Source: Tubiluchus corallicola (Eukaryota; Animalia; Priapulida). From it: a stretch of 64,000 nt of DNA. Positions 13,727 through 26,900 of the stretch are shown piece by piece. The stretch is from assembly GCA_030141605.1 (NCBI GenBank), contig JAQGDQ010000006.1, positions 1,240,001 to 1,304,000 of the forward strand, written 5' to 3'. The notes under the pieces are model-generated. The model was not told where the DNA came from. It did not search any database and worked only from the letters and a program-made list of their open reading frames with translations. Position 1 is the first letter of the stretch, and every line of letters begins with the position of its first letter. The position numbers and the translations under genes were made by a program.

Positions 13727-14386
13727 ATTATTCTCTAACGTGTACCTATTACCTAATTTTTGCTTTTAAGCTAAGTCATCACCAGTATTGTCATCACTAT
13801 TATGTTTCATAGGATATGAATTAATTCATGTTGACATGCGTCATTAGGAGTGCATGAACATAACTAACCTCAACTAACACAGCATTAATGATAGTGCACT
13901 GATTTTATACACTGAAAGAAGTTACAAAACAGAAATTTAAATTTGTTAAAGTAGTAAAAAATTTAACAAAATTTCATCGAGCTAGGTAACGTGTTTTGAA
14001 TTTCGTGAGTCCAGTTTTCTTCTACATGTAGCAAAGCACACGTAGAAAATGACACAACTGTTGTCCCTATGTGGGAGGCTGCATATGCTACTGACATCAA
14101 TCATGGCCACATCATTATAGCAGGCTGGGGCGGGGGCTTAGTCGGCAAGATCAGTTAGATTTACTTCGGTGCCGATTACCTAAAAATAGGATTTTAGGTA
14201 ATGACCTCTCACCCTTTCCAGTAATAATTAATACACTTAGTACTAATCGGTTTTCTAGAGAAGATACGGTGGTAACTGGATCGAAATCAGTGATCGGAAC
14301 CACACTGCTGTTTGAATTATTTATCTATGACTGTACACTGTAGATGTTTGTAAAAAAAGATTTCCATATAGCTCTGAAGTGGTGCC

Positions 14387-15351
14387 TGTTGGGAGCCGTT
14401 TGGACCACTGCGCCAAGTAGACCAATTGGTCTACTTGGGCTAGCCCAAGTAGACCGCGGTCTACATGGGCTAGCCCAGGTCTACATGGGCTAGCCCAAGT
14501 AGGACACTAGAGACAGGTCGTGAATTCAGTCGTTAAGTGTACTGACACCGTCCGTTGTGCTTCTTTATGTAATAATAATAATTAAAAACGTTAATACACG
14601 TTGAATAATTTATTATACATCTAATAAAATAAAAGAATTTTATTCTGAGCTGGTAGAACGGACAATATTAAATTTGGTTTCGATATTAATGTTGTTGAAG
14701 TGAAAAAACCCCACTTTTTTGCGAATTCAACATTTGTTTAAGGTATATCTTTTTTGATTTTGTCTCACTTCACAAACAGGTGATCCGTTTCACTACCTCT
14801 TGGGCAAATAATTGTTTTCTTATAAGTAAACGTTCTAGCGATCTATGTGTCCTACATGGGCTAGCGAGCCATGTAGGACAGTGCCCTACATGTTACAATA
14901 CTACTGATAATATTAAAACTAATTATCCTTGCTTTTCTTAAATGTTAAAAATTACTTTATGGTGTTGTAAAGGCTTAGCAGCATCTGTCTCATTTTTAAA
15001 TTTGCAATTATTTCTGTAATAACTGTGTGCAGAATTTCTCTCTTTAAAGCATTAGATACTAGGTTTAATGTTATGATATATTAATGGAGTTAATCATAAT
15101 GATGAAATTATTGTAAGAAATGCATTTGTAAATTGCCAAGGAATATCCATTTCTAAAAGAAATTTTGTTTTATGCTTTATTATGTCATAACAATACTTAT
15201 AAACAATGGTAATATAAACTGGAAACAAGTTTTGCCAGAGCAAGTTTCTGGACAAAAATCGCTAGTGTCCTACTTGGGCTGCCCATGTAGGACACTACTT
15301 TTAGCGCATCAAGTGGTCTACTTGGCGCAGTGGTCCAAACGGCTCCCAACA
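14387..15351. mobile_element. Non-autonomous DNA transposon with TGT...ACA ends and a 5-bp TSD (Ginger-like assignment tentative)
   Basis: Perfect 38-bp TIR TGTTGGGAGCCGTTTGGACCACTGCGCCAAGTAGACCA; TSD GTGCC at 14382-14386 and 15352-15356; subterminal palindromic repeats; no ORF. Confidence 0.88.
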
Positions 15352-16523
15352 GTGCCGACTGCTGACGAAGCAACAGGCATAGTATAGGCTAGTTTTTTGC
15401 GGGGTTACTGCTTTTTACCTGTCTTGAGAGGCACATTTCGTTTATTTTACAATGCTATCTGCCCAATGTTTACAGTAGGCGTAACGGGCATATGATGTTA
15501 ATGGCATCTTGTATAGCACACGATTGATGCATGTTATATGATATGAATTATGATTTATAGCAGTTTTGAACGGAAGTGGTGCTGGCATTTAAGCCAATGG
15601 TATAGCAGTGTCTAGCTTTCGGCTGGATTATTGCTGTATCTCTCAGTTAACTCTCTGTTAAAAGCAAACTCTCAGTTAATTTTGATGCTTATATTTAACT
15701 AGTCAATGCGTACCCCATTAATTAATACTAGTCATATTTATACTTTATAGTAATTACTAGTATTTAGCAGTTAATATAAAGCTGCAATCTATAGCGATCA
15801 ATTATAGTGCCTATTTTACTACTAGCAAATATCATTGGGCAGCGAAAATCTCCATCAGTTTGATTATAATTGTACTTGTCGATCTGTATAATTATCATAA
15901 AATTAATAGCTAGTGTAACTAAGTAGCAGTATGTCATTTTTTTTTACATGTATAATAATATCTGTAGTTCTACCTGTATATAATTTTCGTTTCGTACTTG
16001 TCAATATATGTAATGTTAATTGCGTGTTTGCACAATAAATTGAATTAAGTTGAATTGTATTCACCTGCCTTGTGGACAGATTTGTTTTGCTTTAGAATTA
16101 GATTATAGTCCATATTCAATACATATTACCGTACATTTAACATTGATCTCTACAGAATGTTTGAAAATCTTTAGAATTCTGTTTGTCACATGGCTGCAGA
16201 ATATATAATGTAAATCTAATGAGCATAATTGATATGGAGATCTCGCCATTTTTGAGAGATTGGTGGTAAATGCCCATTTCTGGACAGTGTCCATAATAAT
16301 TATTGCATTTTGTGTAATACATTTGCTGCTGCTTTTATTATAATTTTATGTGTAGGTCTGGCAACTTGTGCTTCTGGGAATTGGAAGACTCACAACAAGA
16401 CCAGACAGATTTAAACTTTCACACTAAAAAAAGAATTTTTCTAGTTTAGAGTTATTGTAAATTAGAATTACTGCTTGTGGAGTGGAAATACTGCCACACA
16501 TTTTGTGGAGATCTTTTTGAAGT

Positions 16524-19500
16524 ATGGCTGCAGCTGAGTGGGAAGAAGTAAAGCGTTTAGCAGCTGATTTCCAGAAAGCCCAGTTACAAGGAACTGTACA
16601 ACGGTACTACTTGTTTTAAGTCTAACAATATTTTCTGTTTGAAATAGTTGTTTTGCAGTCATGAATACTAAAATGTATATGCTGCTCCTATTATTGACGC
16701 TTTAAAAAATTTAAAGTTTTATAACATCCATATTTTCTGTAGTACACACACACGCACAACAGGTTAGTGTATTTTTTGCATCTCTTCAATACTTTATCCA
16801 TCGGCATTATTTTTTACTGAGCAAGATAGCTAAATGTATTTTTCAGTCATGGCGCCGGCTAGTAGCTATTGTAAACATCAGGTACAGCTAGATCCATAGG
16901 CTACATGTAGTTAGAATATTATATTCTTTTGGTTATATGTCCCAGGTAGCTAATGTGCCTAAAGTCATAGGGCCTAGTGTATTTTAGGTGCAATTCTGCA
17001 GATTAAAGTATTTAAAGTTGGGAATTCAAGTAAAGATTACGATATAATAATGGTTCGTGTTGCGGAAAGTTCTTTGTTTTTAGTCAAGTATCATAGCACA
17101 TTCAAGAAGAGTATAATTTTTTTAATTTAGGCAGTCAGGGTATGGGTTTAATCCTGCACCGTTGTCTGAATTGTGTAATCTCTCTCATTTCATTCTCTAC
17201 CCCTATAAGCTCTGACTGTGTGATTTAAGGCAAGTTGCATCGTTCCTACTTAATAGGCTTTTATTACAACATTTATTGAAAATGAAGTAACTTAATTGTT
17301 TTGCTGCTGTGTGTTACTTAACTTACGATTTGCGATTATCTTTAAGCTCTTAAAAGTATGCAATTAGTAATAGGTATATAGATAGGCTCTTCTCTTTTCC
17401 GTGAAACTTGATATCTACATTTAATGATTGTACCATAAGGACCGAAAGATCATTTTGTTGTAGTCAGGCAGGACTCACAATAATTTCTGTTATTTACTCT
17501 TCCACTTTAGCATTTTAATTTTAATCATTATTGATTTGCAGCTTATCAGATCGGAACTGTGTAGAGATAGTGAACAAGTTGGTAGAATGGAACTTGCTTG
17601 ATGTCATTTATACCGCAGATGGTAAGGAATATCTGACTCCTGCTGAACTGCTGAGAGAAATTAAAGATGAGCTCATTGTGCATGGTGGTAGAGTGAATCT
17701 TGCCGACTTAACTCAGATTCTCAATGTTGACTATTCACATATTGAAGCTAAAGTTGCTGAACTGCTGAGGATCGATCCTACATTGGAACTTATTCTTGGA
17801 CAGCTGATTAGTAGGTTCGTATAAATGATATTGTATGAAGCAGTGCTTTCTAGATAAAAGAAAGAATTGTTAGTTTACTTCTGAGCAGTTTTACATCAGT
17901 TTTTTACATGTAACAGCACATTCATTGAAAGGTATACTAAAAGTAACTGCCAATTGGTATTGTAAATTGCTAATCAGAACCACTGTGCAGTTCTTTTTTT
18001 TAATGAGGATAGCTTTTGTTTTCACTTAGCACAAATGGTTGTTGGATAAAAGCTAAGTGACTCACGCGAGCTGACGAAGGGTTAATCAAATTTGAAAAAT
18101 TACAAAATTTGTCAGCAATGCAACCACTAAGGTGTACATTTTTTTAGAAATTATGTAGACGGGATTGCTGAAGAGATTGATGATAAACTACAAGACACTG
18201 GTCAAATTTCAATTGCTGACTTAACCAAGCATTATGATCTTCCTGGTGATTTTCTGATGGACAATGTCAACAAACGTTTAGGTGTCAGCATTAAAGGCAA
18301 AGCTGATGAGTTTGATCCACGCGTCATTTACACTGAAGCATTTTTATCACGTCATCGTGTCTGCATTAGAGGTGTGCTCAATGCCTGCACTAGACCAACT
18401 CCTGTGCCAGCCGTGATTAAAGCATATGGTTTCAACGAGAGACTTTTCTTCTCGCTATCAGAAGATATGTGTAAGTCAGGTGAACTTGCAGGTAATTTGA
18501 CTGGTGGACACTCTGAGAGGGCTTTGTACATGCCAGACGTGTATGCTAAAGCTCAAAATCGATACGTAGAACATTTCTATAAGCAAAATGGCTATCTGGA
18601 ATATGACACTTTGATCAGGATTGGAATAACCGAGCCCAAGCTATACATAAAGAAGTGTTTGAAGAATGAATCATTGGTGTTTCTTAGTTCTTGTTGTTGT
18701 GGCACGTCACTTCAAGAACAGTTGGAAGCATCTGTTGAAGAGGCACTGTCCTCACAGGCCTGGATTGATGCGATGCATGTTCTGCCATCAGTCTTTACTG
18801 TACAAGATACAAGACAGCTTTTAGAGAAATGTCTAAAGAAACTGAAAGAACACAATGTGCTAATATGCAGTGACAGCATCGTAGTAAGTGAGAAATTTAT
18901 CCAGACCTGCAGCAAATATTTTGAAGATCTTATAACCAAAAAAGCTGAGAGCGAGGCTAGGAAACTACCTTTAATTCTGTCAGAGGAGGGCATAGCAAAT
19001 ACAGAAACATTTGAAAAGCCAAAGACGATCTCGCTTGATAGCTCACAAGGAGGACGGCAAGCAAAGAAGGAAGAGAGGAGACAAAAAGCAGCAGGAAGTG
19101 CTGCTAAAGGAGGTGGTGCTCAGGGCAGAGAAACAAAGACAAAATCTTTGAAAAAGAAAAGTGCTAGAGGTAGGGGTGATAATAAAGATGACTCTGGTGA
19201 TGAAACAACCATTAAAAAGACAAGTTATAAAGCGAGCGAGTTTATGCCACTTGATGAAATAGAAAATGTCCTTTCTAATCAACTCCAGGAAGAAGACTGT
19301 CCTGATGAAATGATAGCTGCAATAGCTGAACAGCTACATACATCATTAGAGAGTCGTTTTCAAGAGACGTTGAAGTCTGTATTCATGGCTTCTGCTTCCC
19401 AAGTATCACAGTCAAGGAGAAAAACTCGTGAAGAACTTGTTGATAAAATTAATGGGCTAACAAGTAACATTAAATTATTTGAAAAAGGAATTAGCAAGTT

Positions 19501-20879
19501 TGGAGATGATGCTCAGCAACAGCAGCTTACAAAGCATTTGATAAAAACCATCTGTAACGACATAGTTAATCTGTTAGTAATATTTTTATCTCTGGATGCG
19601 GGTAAAATTGTGGAGGCAGACAAACCACTTACTGCTGAAAACCGCACAGCCCTAGTTGCATCATTACCAACTGAGTCAAAAACACTGGCTAAAGAACTCA
19701 TTAATTCTTTGACTGAAAAGACAACAGAGAATTTTCATAAGTGTTTGGATGCCATGTTGGAAGAATGCCAGTTGCCTGCCAGGAAAATGGATAGAAAAAA
19801 AGAAAGGTAGTTGGCTGGTATATTTTTAGCTTTTGCCTATACATGCATTTGATAAATTTTGTTTTAGAATTTAAGTAAGAAGTGGAAGTTATCCATATTT
19901 AATGAATATTAAAAACATTAAGTTTTTGTCCGAAGGTTGTTTTGTCTTAATTGCTTTACTTTATATGCGACACTCTTAAAAATGTTAAAGACTATTGTAG
20001 GCAGCTCTTCAACTCACTGTAAAAAATACATGAATGTTAAAACACTGGTCTATGTCTATAAATCTGTCATCTTGGTGAAAACTGCTTGCTTTAAAATTCA
20101 AAAACACTGCAGTTGCGACTTCATAATAATATTTTCACAAGCATTGAGTGTTGTCAGTAATAGTTGTATTATTATTTTAGAGAGAGAGATTTCTTTTTTA
20201 GTTTATTTATTATATTTAAACCGAGTTTTAAAAATTATGGGAAATGCGTGTTTTGTTAGCTTAAGTGTTTCCCGAATCTTTCCAGAAAAAATCTTAGCGT
20301 GTTACCACATTACACTACATTATTTATGCACTTAGTGCTTTATGTGAAACATGGCAGTACCGAAATGACTGTTTCATAAAAAGAAATGTAATTCATTCCG
20401 ATTGTTGGTTTTAGTTATTGCACATACCTTTACTCGTATTTTGTAGTTTGCAAGAGCTTAAATTATTGTTTTTCTTTCAATGATTTTAATAATTTAAATG
20501 TACATCTGTGTTTTATAGACAGCATGTGTTTTCTCACCGTATGGCGCTGATGGAACAACTTCGTGATGAATCCGATCCAGCCATGGTGCTGCACCTAACT
20601 GTTGTGTTGCTGTTTCTCAATTATACTCAGTGCGTACTGAATGCATCTGGTAAGTTCGTACCAATGGTAATTGCTTATCTGAAGAACTACCTTTCTAAAG
20701 AACAGCACGATGATCTGGTCATGTGTCAGGAATTGGTTGTGAAGCAGCTAAATGTGGAAAGAAATGAAGAAAATGACAATGATGAGGTTTTAGCACAGTT
20801 GAATGTTTTATTGCCAAGGATTAAGGAAATGGCATTAAATGTGAAAAAAGAAAATTCGCAGCGTGAAAGTGAACAGTAA
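16524..20879 (+). CDS. UFL1: E3 UFM1-protein ligase 1, 790 aa
   Basis: Exons 16524-16603 ([21 protein letters not shown]), 17542-17814 ([10 protein letters not shown]...DGKEYLTP), 18148-19806 (includes [12 protein letters not shown]) and 20519-20879. Total 2373 nt, phases consistent. Confidence 0.95.
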
Positions 20880-23800
20880 TATACACAAATGTTGTTTTTC
20901 ATTCCATGTAAAGGGCAAGCATTTATGCACATAAAAGGGGACATGTTTTTGCTAACCCATTTGACGTCTAGCATTAGAACAATTACAGATAGACTGTTAA
21001 GTCTGTGTGTGCCTAATGGCACCTGTCTATAACTGGTGAATAGTTTTATAGTTAATCAGAGATTATCAATGTTCATAATTCATTCAATTACAAACTGATC
21101 AAATGACTATAGTAGGGAAAAATTGTTACAGAATTAGAATTGCCATATGTGGGATATTATTGATAAATAAAGTAGCCAAAATCGCGTTTGTTTGTTATAT
21201 TAATATTTGGTATTGCTGTGTATCCTCCGGGTTTTTCGTTATTAGTACTATACAAGTTTTGTACTGGTACTTTTTTAAATTTTGCGATTACACTTTTACC
21301 AAAATTTCTTATTAACTTTTAATGTAAGATCTTTAACATTCTGTAAAACTTCCTGAGATGCAACAGAAACAGTATTTTCAAAAGTGATACTGTTATTCAT
21401 AAGTTTATTTGGAGAAACAGTACACATCATTAGGCACTGTCTGTACAAAGGATTACTAAATAAGGTGAGAAGCAGTTAAAGCACTATAATGTTTCCTCCT
21501 GTGTGCTAACAAGTGTTTTACATAACTGCTTACCACAAAAAGTGTTTCCAAAACTAGTGCTTACAGCTACAAAAATAAAATCATACAATGTAATCTGTTT
21601 ATAACGAGTTTAAAGGGACCCTGAATCATCGCGTTCGGTTCTATTTGACTGTAAGTTACAGTTATAGCTGCGCAAGTAGCTGTAGACTCACCAGTAGGTC
21701 TGCATGAACTGTACTTGATACACACTATTTTATGCATGATCATTTTGTTCTTGGTGAAAAGATCCTGTGTTGTAACATCCTGCGGTGTATATTATTAAAG
21801 ATTAAAACGAATTGTCAAAAATACGAAATAAATGTTTTCATTTATTTGAGTCAACCACACTATAGCTTATTACATAGTATGGATAAAATAAAAAATGATT
21901 ATAAAGCTTTTAACACCATTTCTTAAGGCAAGGTCTTTTTTGTCATGAATTACATGGGGTTTTACTAGTTTGGTTAAAACTGCGATATAGGCAGTCTGCC
22001 ATTACCTTTGTTTAGCAAATCAAGAGTAGGCAGATGAACAAACATACATAAGTCCTTCTTTTGTAGACATTGCAAATTGTTGAATGACTATATCTATCAT
22101 ATATCTACAGTCACTAAGATATTTCTCCACAAAACCTAAGAGAAATCACCCTAACTTTTATTAATTAAAGAAGAGAAAGGGCTGTTAATCAGAAATGAAT
22201 TCATAAGTGCAGCACCTTTTACCAATGAGCATCACCACATCAAGCGACCATCGGCCCAGTCGTCCAGGGTAAGTGCATAGGGACCAGAACTGCACAGAAA
22301 CCACTTGTAGTGGCTTACATATTGCAAATCTATCCACTCCAGTGGCAGAAACAACAAACCAGAAACTTTAAACACCTCTGTACCTCCATGTCTTCTAGGA
22401 TTCATTAAAATTTCGCAGTAGCAAGAAAATCCTTCGTTTTAACAATATATCAACAACAAATTTAGCATTCTCACCCAGTCAGATTCTGATACATCTGGAT
22501 GCCTGTACTCCAGCAGTTCTGCCAGTAACTGATGTTGTCCAACATCCAAGCAAGATGCCATTGTTGTTGAACTTTTGCAGTTACTTTTAACGTTGCAAAC
22601 GGGCCATCTTAGTCTCCTCTCACGGGAGCAGAAAACCAAAATCACTTTGCTTGAGATTAAATTAACAACAGACTGTTTTGCTGCGCATCTCAGTCCAATA
22701 GACTACAAAATCTCAAGATCTGTTGCAAAATGCCTTCTTTCTATAGCAAGTTAACGCGTACTGTAAACAGCAAAGAAATCATCCGATTCAACTGATCAGA
22801 TTACCTGAACGGACGTGCACAAATTTACGTATGCATAACTTCGAAGTGGTTTAGCTGAAGACTGCTATCAAAAACAGGAAGGGGAGCAGTACAATAGGAT
22901 GGGCAGGAACCCGACCCTATCACATGATAAAAACCGGTATAACATTAGTACGAACGAGGGCTATTGTTAAGTCACAGGTGCCCATTGTTTTAGAATTCAC
23001 ACTCGTTTTATGCATGGGAACTACAATTAAAATTTAATTGCTTTAAAACTAAAATGACTGTTCTTATACAAGACTAAGAATTACTATTCCCATGCCTTAC
23101 AACACCTGCAATAATCAGTAGTTGACTATAGAGCATCGCTAAGTCTTAGCCTATACAGTACTTTCTATAATAAGGCTCCTTTGAGACATTGAACTAATAA
23201 ATACAATGTTACACGCCTAACATCCTATATTGTGGCACAATAGTTTTAAATAAAAAATCAGAAGTCAAACATTCAACATCACAGTACCACTTAAATATTT
23301 AATTCTTAATGATAAGCATTGGAACAATTCATGAAGAGCCCCTTATATCATTTCAGTTTCTTCACATGAGTGATCTCTTTATTAATTATATTTTATGGTC
23401 CCAAAAAGTACGACTTAAGCGAGTTCAGCAATACTTATCTATAAAGGCTAATGTAATACAAGCTTCACGTCCTCTATTTGTCTTTCTTCACTAGTCATGT
23501 ACATAATTAGGTACCTCTGTCTGTACAACAGCAGGTCCTGAAGCAAATATGTAACAAGATGATTATATCATCTTAAGCAACATTTTATAGTACATTCAGA
23601 TCAAGTGGTTTTTCATAAGCAAATTGGTGATTCATAAGAAACTGTACAGTGAAATATACACGAGGGGCTTAAACAAATGGTGTTGACAACTTAACAATTA
23701 AAAAAAATCAACAATAAATTAATTCAAATTGATCAACTTTAAATTATGTAGTAATGAAATTATTTAGATGGCCCCAGTTTCTAACAAGAACAATCATGAA

Positions 23801-23936
23801 GGCTATAACCAGATATGGGAAGAATCTACGATATCACAAGCTTCAATTCAATGGAAATGCAACTTCTGATTATTCACAATTCACTTTTTGATTTCTACTT
23901 CATGGACTTCATTTTATACTAAATTGTAGATGGCCA

Positions 23937-26900
23937 TCACTCTTTCCATGGTATCTCAAATACTTCTGCCATAAAGGCATAAATGTCGGCTAGCTCTTCA
24001 ATCTGTAAATAAGCCAATGATGTTGACATGAATAATAAGCAATTTTATACATTCTACACAACTAGGATCGTTAGAGACCAAAAAATTGGGGGAACTGAAT
24101 GATATTATGAGTTTGCTAGAAAGTCATAGTAAATTTAGATTACAACCTATAGCACTGTCTAACAAAGAAAAAGTAAGTGAGAAAATGTCACGCAGTCAGG
24201 AGAATTTGTGACAGAGGCATACAACATTGCAAAATCAGCTGCCACTTACCACTTTTGTAGTTGGTTTTCCAGCTCCATGCCCTGATTTAGTGTCTATTCT
24301 CATCAGCAAAGGATTTGTCTGTAATAATGAAACATCAACACGTACTCAAACTGAACCTGTTATTAAAAATTTACCAGCAAAGCCATGTGGAAAGCATTAA
24401 TACATACACCTTAATTCATTTTAGCTATTTTAATTGAATGCACTTTCATCAAAATACCAATTTTACAAAAGTTACACTCTGACCACTTGTTTCGTGTTTT
24501 ACTTGTTTTACATTCTACCATGTTGAGTTAGACTATTTAGTATAAATAATTCAAGAATCTACTATTGCTAATATGTGTGCACCCAGATTTAATACTCGTG
24601 CGCGACTTTTCCACATTTTTGTGCATATTTGAATCGTATTTAATATGCTGTAGTCTGCCACTTATCTAGTGGTTTCATTAAATATGTCAATATTCTTTCT
24701 TGAATAATCTTCCTGGGTTTACTACAAAAAAGCTGACCAGTGACATTTAGAAAAAAGTGAAAATAATTACATATAGCAAATGCGCATAGCAACTGTATAT
24801 TCAAATTTGTTATTTCTCTTATTTGTGAGGTGTTGCTTTTAAGAAAAGTGTGGTTAATTTGACTTATGCTGTTCTACTATAAGAGTGCCTAAAATTAATT
24901 GCTTGTTTATCACCCCTTTAAAATTCTCGGAGAGCGAGGGATGGTCTTTGATAATTTCAAATATGCATAATATTCGTCACGAAATCATTTATTTGACTTT
25001 AAAATAGAGATAGCACAAAAGATTCTATGAGGTGTGAACTGTAGATTTTAAAGTAGAAGCTACAGACTTTTGAATATATTTTAACTATTAAAAATTGGGA
25101 TGCACGATGGTAGGCTGTTACTTTTACTGAGTTTACTAAACGTTTACACACTGATGACGTGTGTGACAAGGAAAATTAATATGCACTGGAAATGCTTGCA
25201 AATTTTTACCCAGACAACCTTGATGCAAAAGCTACTAAATACTTTTATTATGCCATATGTTGCCTTTTATCTGTGTGGCCAATCTTGGAATACAGTGTCT
25301 AGATGCCTTAATCACTGCTGTTATGTGATATACTAAACTATTTGTTTTGCTCTTCTGACATTGCATTCAAGCCTAACATTTTGATAGTCTAATATGTAAA
25401 TTTACTTTTAAACAGTGGCAATGTTTTAAATATTATACAGTAAAACTCCACATTATCTGCTTGTTTGGATCCACAAGTCTATGCAAAAATGTCTAGCTAC
25501 TTATTACAACCGGAAAGGGTTAAAAAAGTTCTGTCAAAATTAATTTGTCTACATTACAAAACTAAGAAAGTTAGGTAGATAAGTCACAGCTATGGCATAC
25601 CCTATTCTCACTTGTTCGACAAGTATGCATGTATTATGTAAACTTACGAAACTATTTACGTAAATGTTTCTACCCATAGAGTACTCTTAGATGCCAGAAA
25701 AGAAAGGTGATCAGTGGTCACTAATTATACTGTGATAGCCATGAAAGAACAAAAAAGCAGCCTCTGTTAAGCAGGCTGGCTATGCTGCCACTGCTTATCA
25801 GCAACTTGGAATGTTCAAAGCTATAACTTTATCTACTATGTTAACCCTTCAGTTCCAGGATTAAAAAAATAAATTCACGTGCATCTAATGTAGCTGCTAC
25901 AAGTTACTAGTAGGTAAAAATACACTAGGCATTGCTTAATAGACTCACGTTTAATAGACTCAATCACTTAATTGACTCAAAAACGCCTGGAACGGGCCGC
26001 TTCTATTCAAATATACATAAAAACTATCAGTAAGTGACTCAAATAACTCTACATAATTGACTCAATATTTTTCCTTCACCTACTTAAAATAAGATATTTG
26101 TATGCGCCCAAAGAGCCTTTCCTACTTTGTCATCTTTACTTCCCTTTTGTGCACTATAATATACGTAGAAACAATCATGTTAAGTACCGTTTTGCTTATA
26201 AGCAGGTACGTTTATCGTGCGCTAATACGCTAGCGTAGCAGTTTTGCTTTGAATCTGTTACCCGCTCGCCCATTATTACTCAAAGAATTTCTGGAAGCTA
26301 AACATTTAATCACTTGCCTAGTGGTTTCCTTTTGAAACTCTCATTTCACGCTTTCAGGCTTAATGAGTTAACAGTCAGAAATGCAGGTACAGTAATCAGC
26401 CAGTATTCCTTGTGACTTACAAGAGTAAACGAATAAGAGCAATGTAAAAGAGCAGATGATTCAGGACTGTTTTAGTCATGCACAACAACAGATTTTCAAC
26501 GTTTTTATAATTACGAGAACTTTGTGGGCTAACTTCTTCGCGAGAAAATGAAGCAGGCGACTTTGAAGGAATTTTTGTAATTTTTGCAAATAAACATAGT
26601 TAGAAAAGTCTGTGATTTAGAAAAGTATACATTTTAATTTATTGCTAATTCACTTATATAAATTAATATTTTAAAATATTTTTTCTAATTTTTAACTGCA
26701 CAAAGGAATTTCGGCATTACTTCATTGCTAAAATTCACCAAAAAGCTTTGCAGTGCATAGTAAGCTGATGACTCATACTTCTATACCTGTAATGCTACCC
26801 ATCGGTAAATAGGTTCAGTCGGTTAATTGGGTCAAAACACATCGGTCCCAAAGTGAGTCTATTAAGTGACGCCTACTGTATTGCAAATATGAATATGCAT

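Noticed and set aside
14413-14506. Short repeated palindromes as a CRISPR array
   Set aside because: There are no unique spacers or cas genes, and the repeats are subterminal motifs inside a TIR/TSD-bounded eukaryotic transposon
22439-22645. 68-aa minus-strand ORF with a donor-like GTGAGA, a possible extra gene between UFL1 and PREP
   Set aside because: No recognisable protein similarity or partner exons; more likely PREP 3' UTR or intergenic sequence
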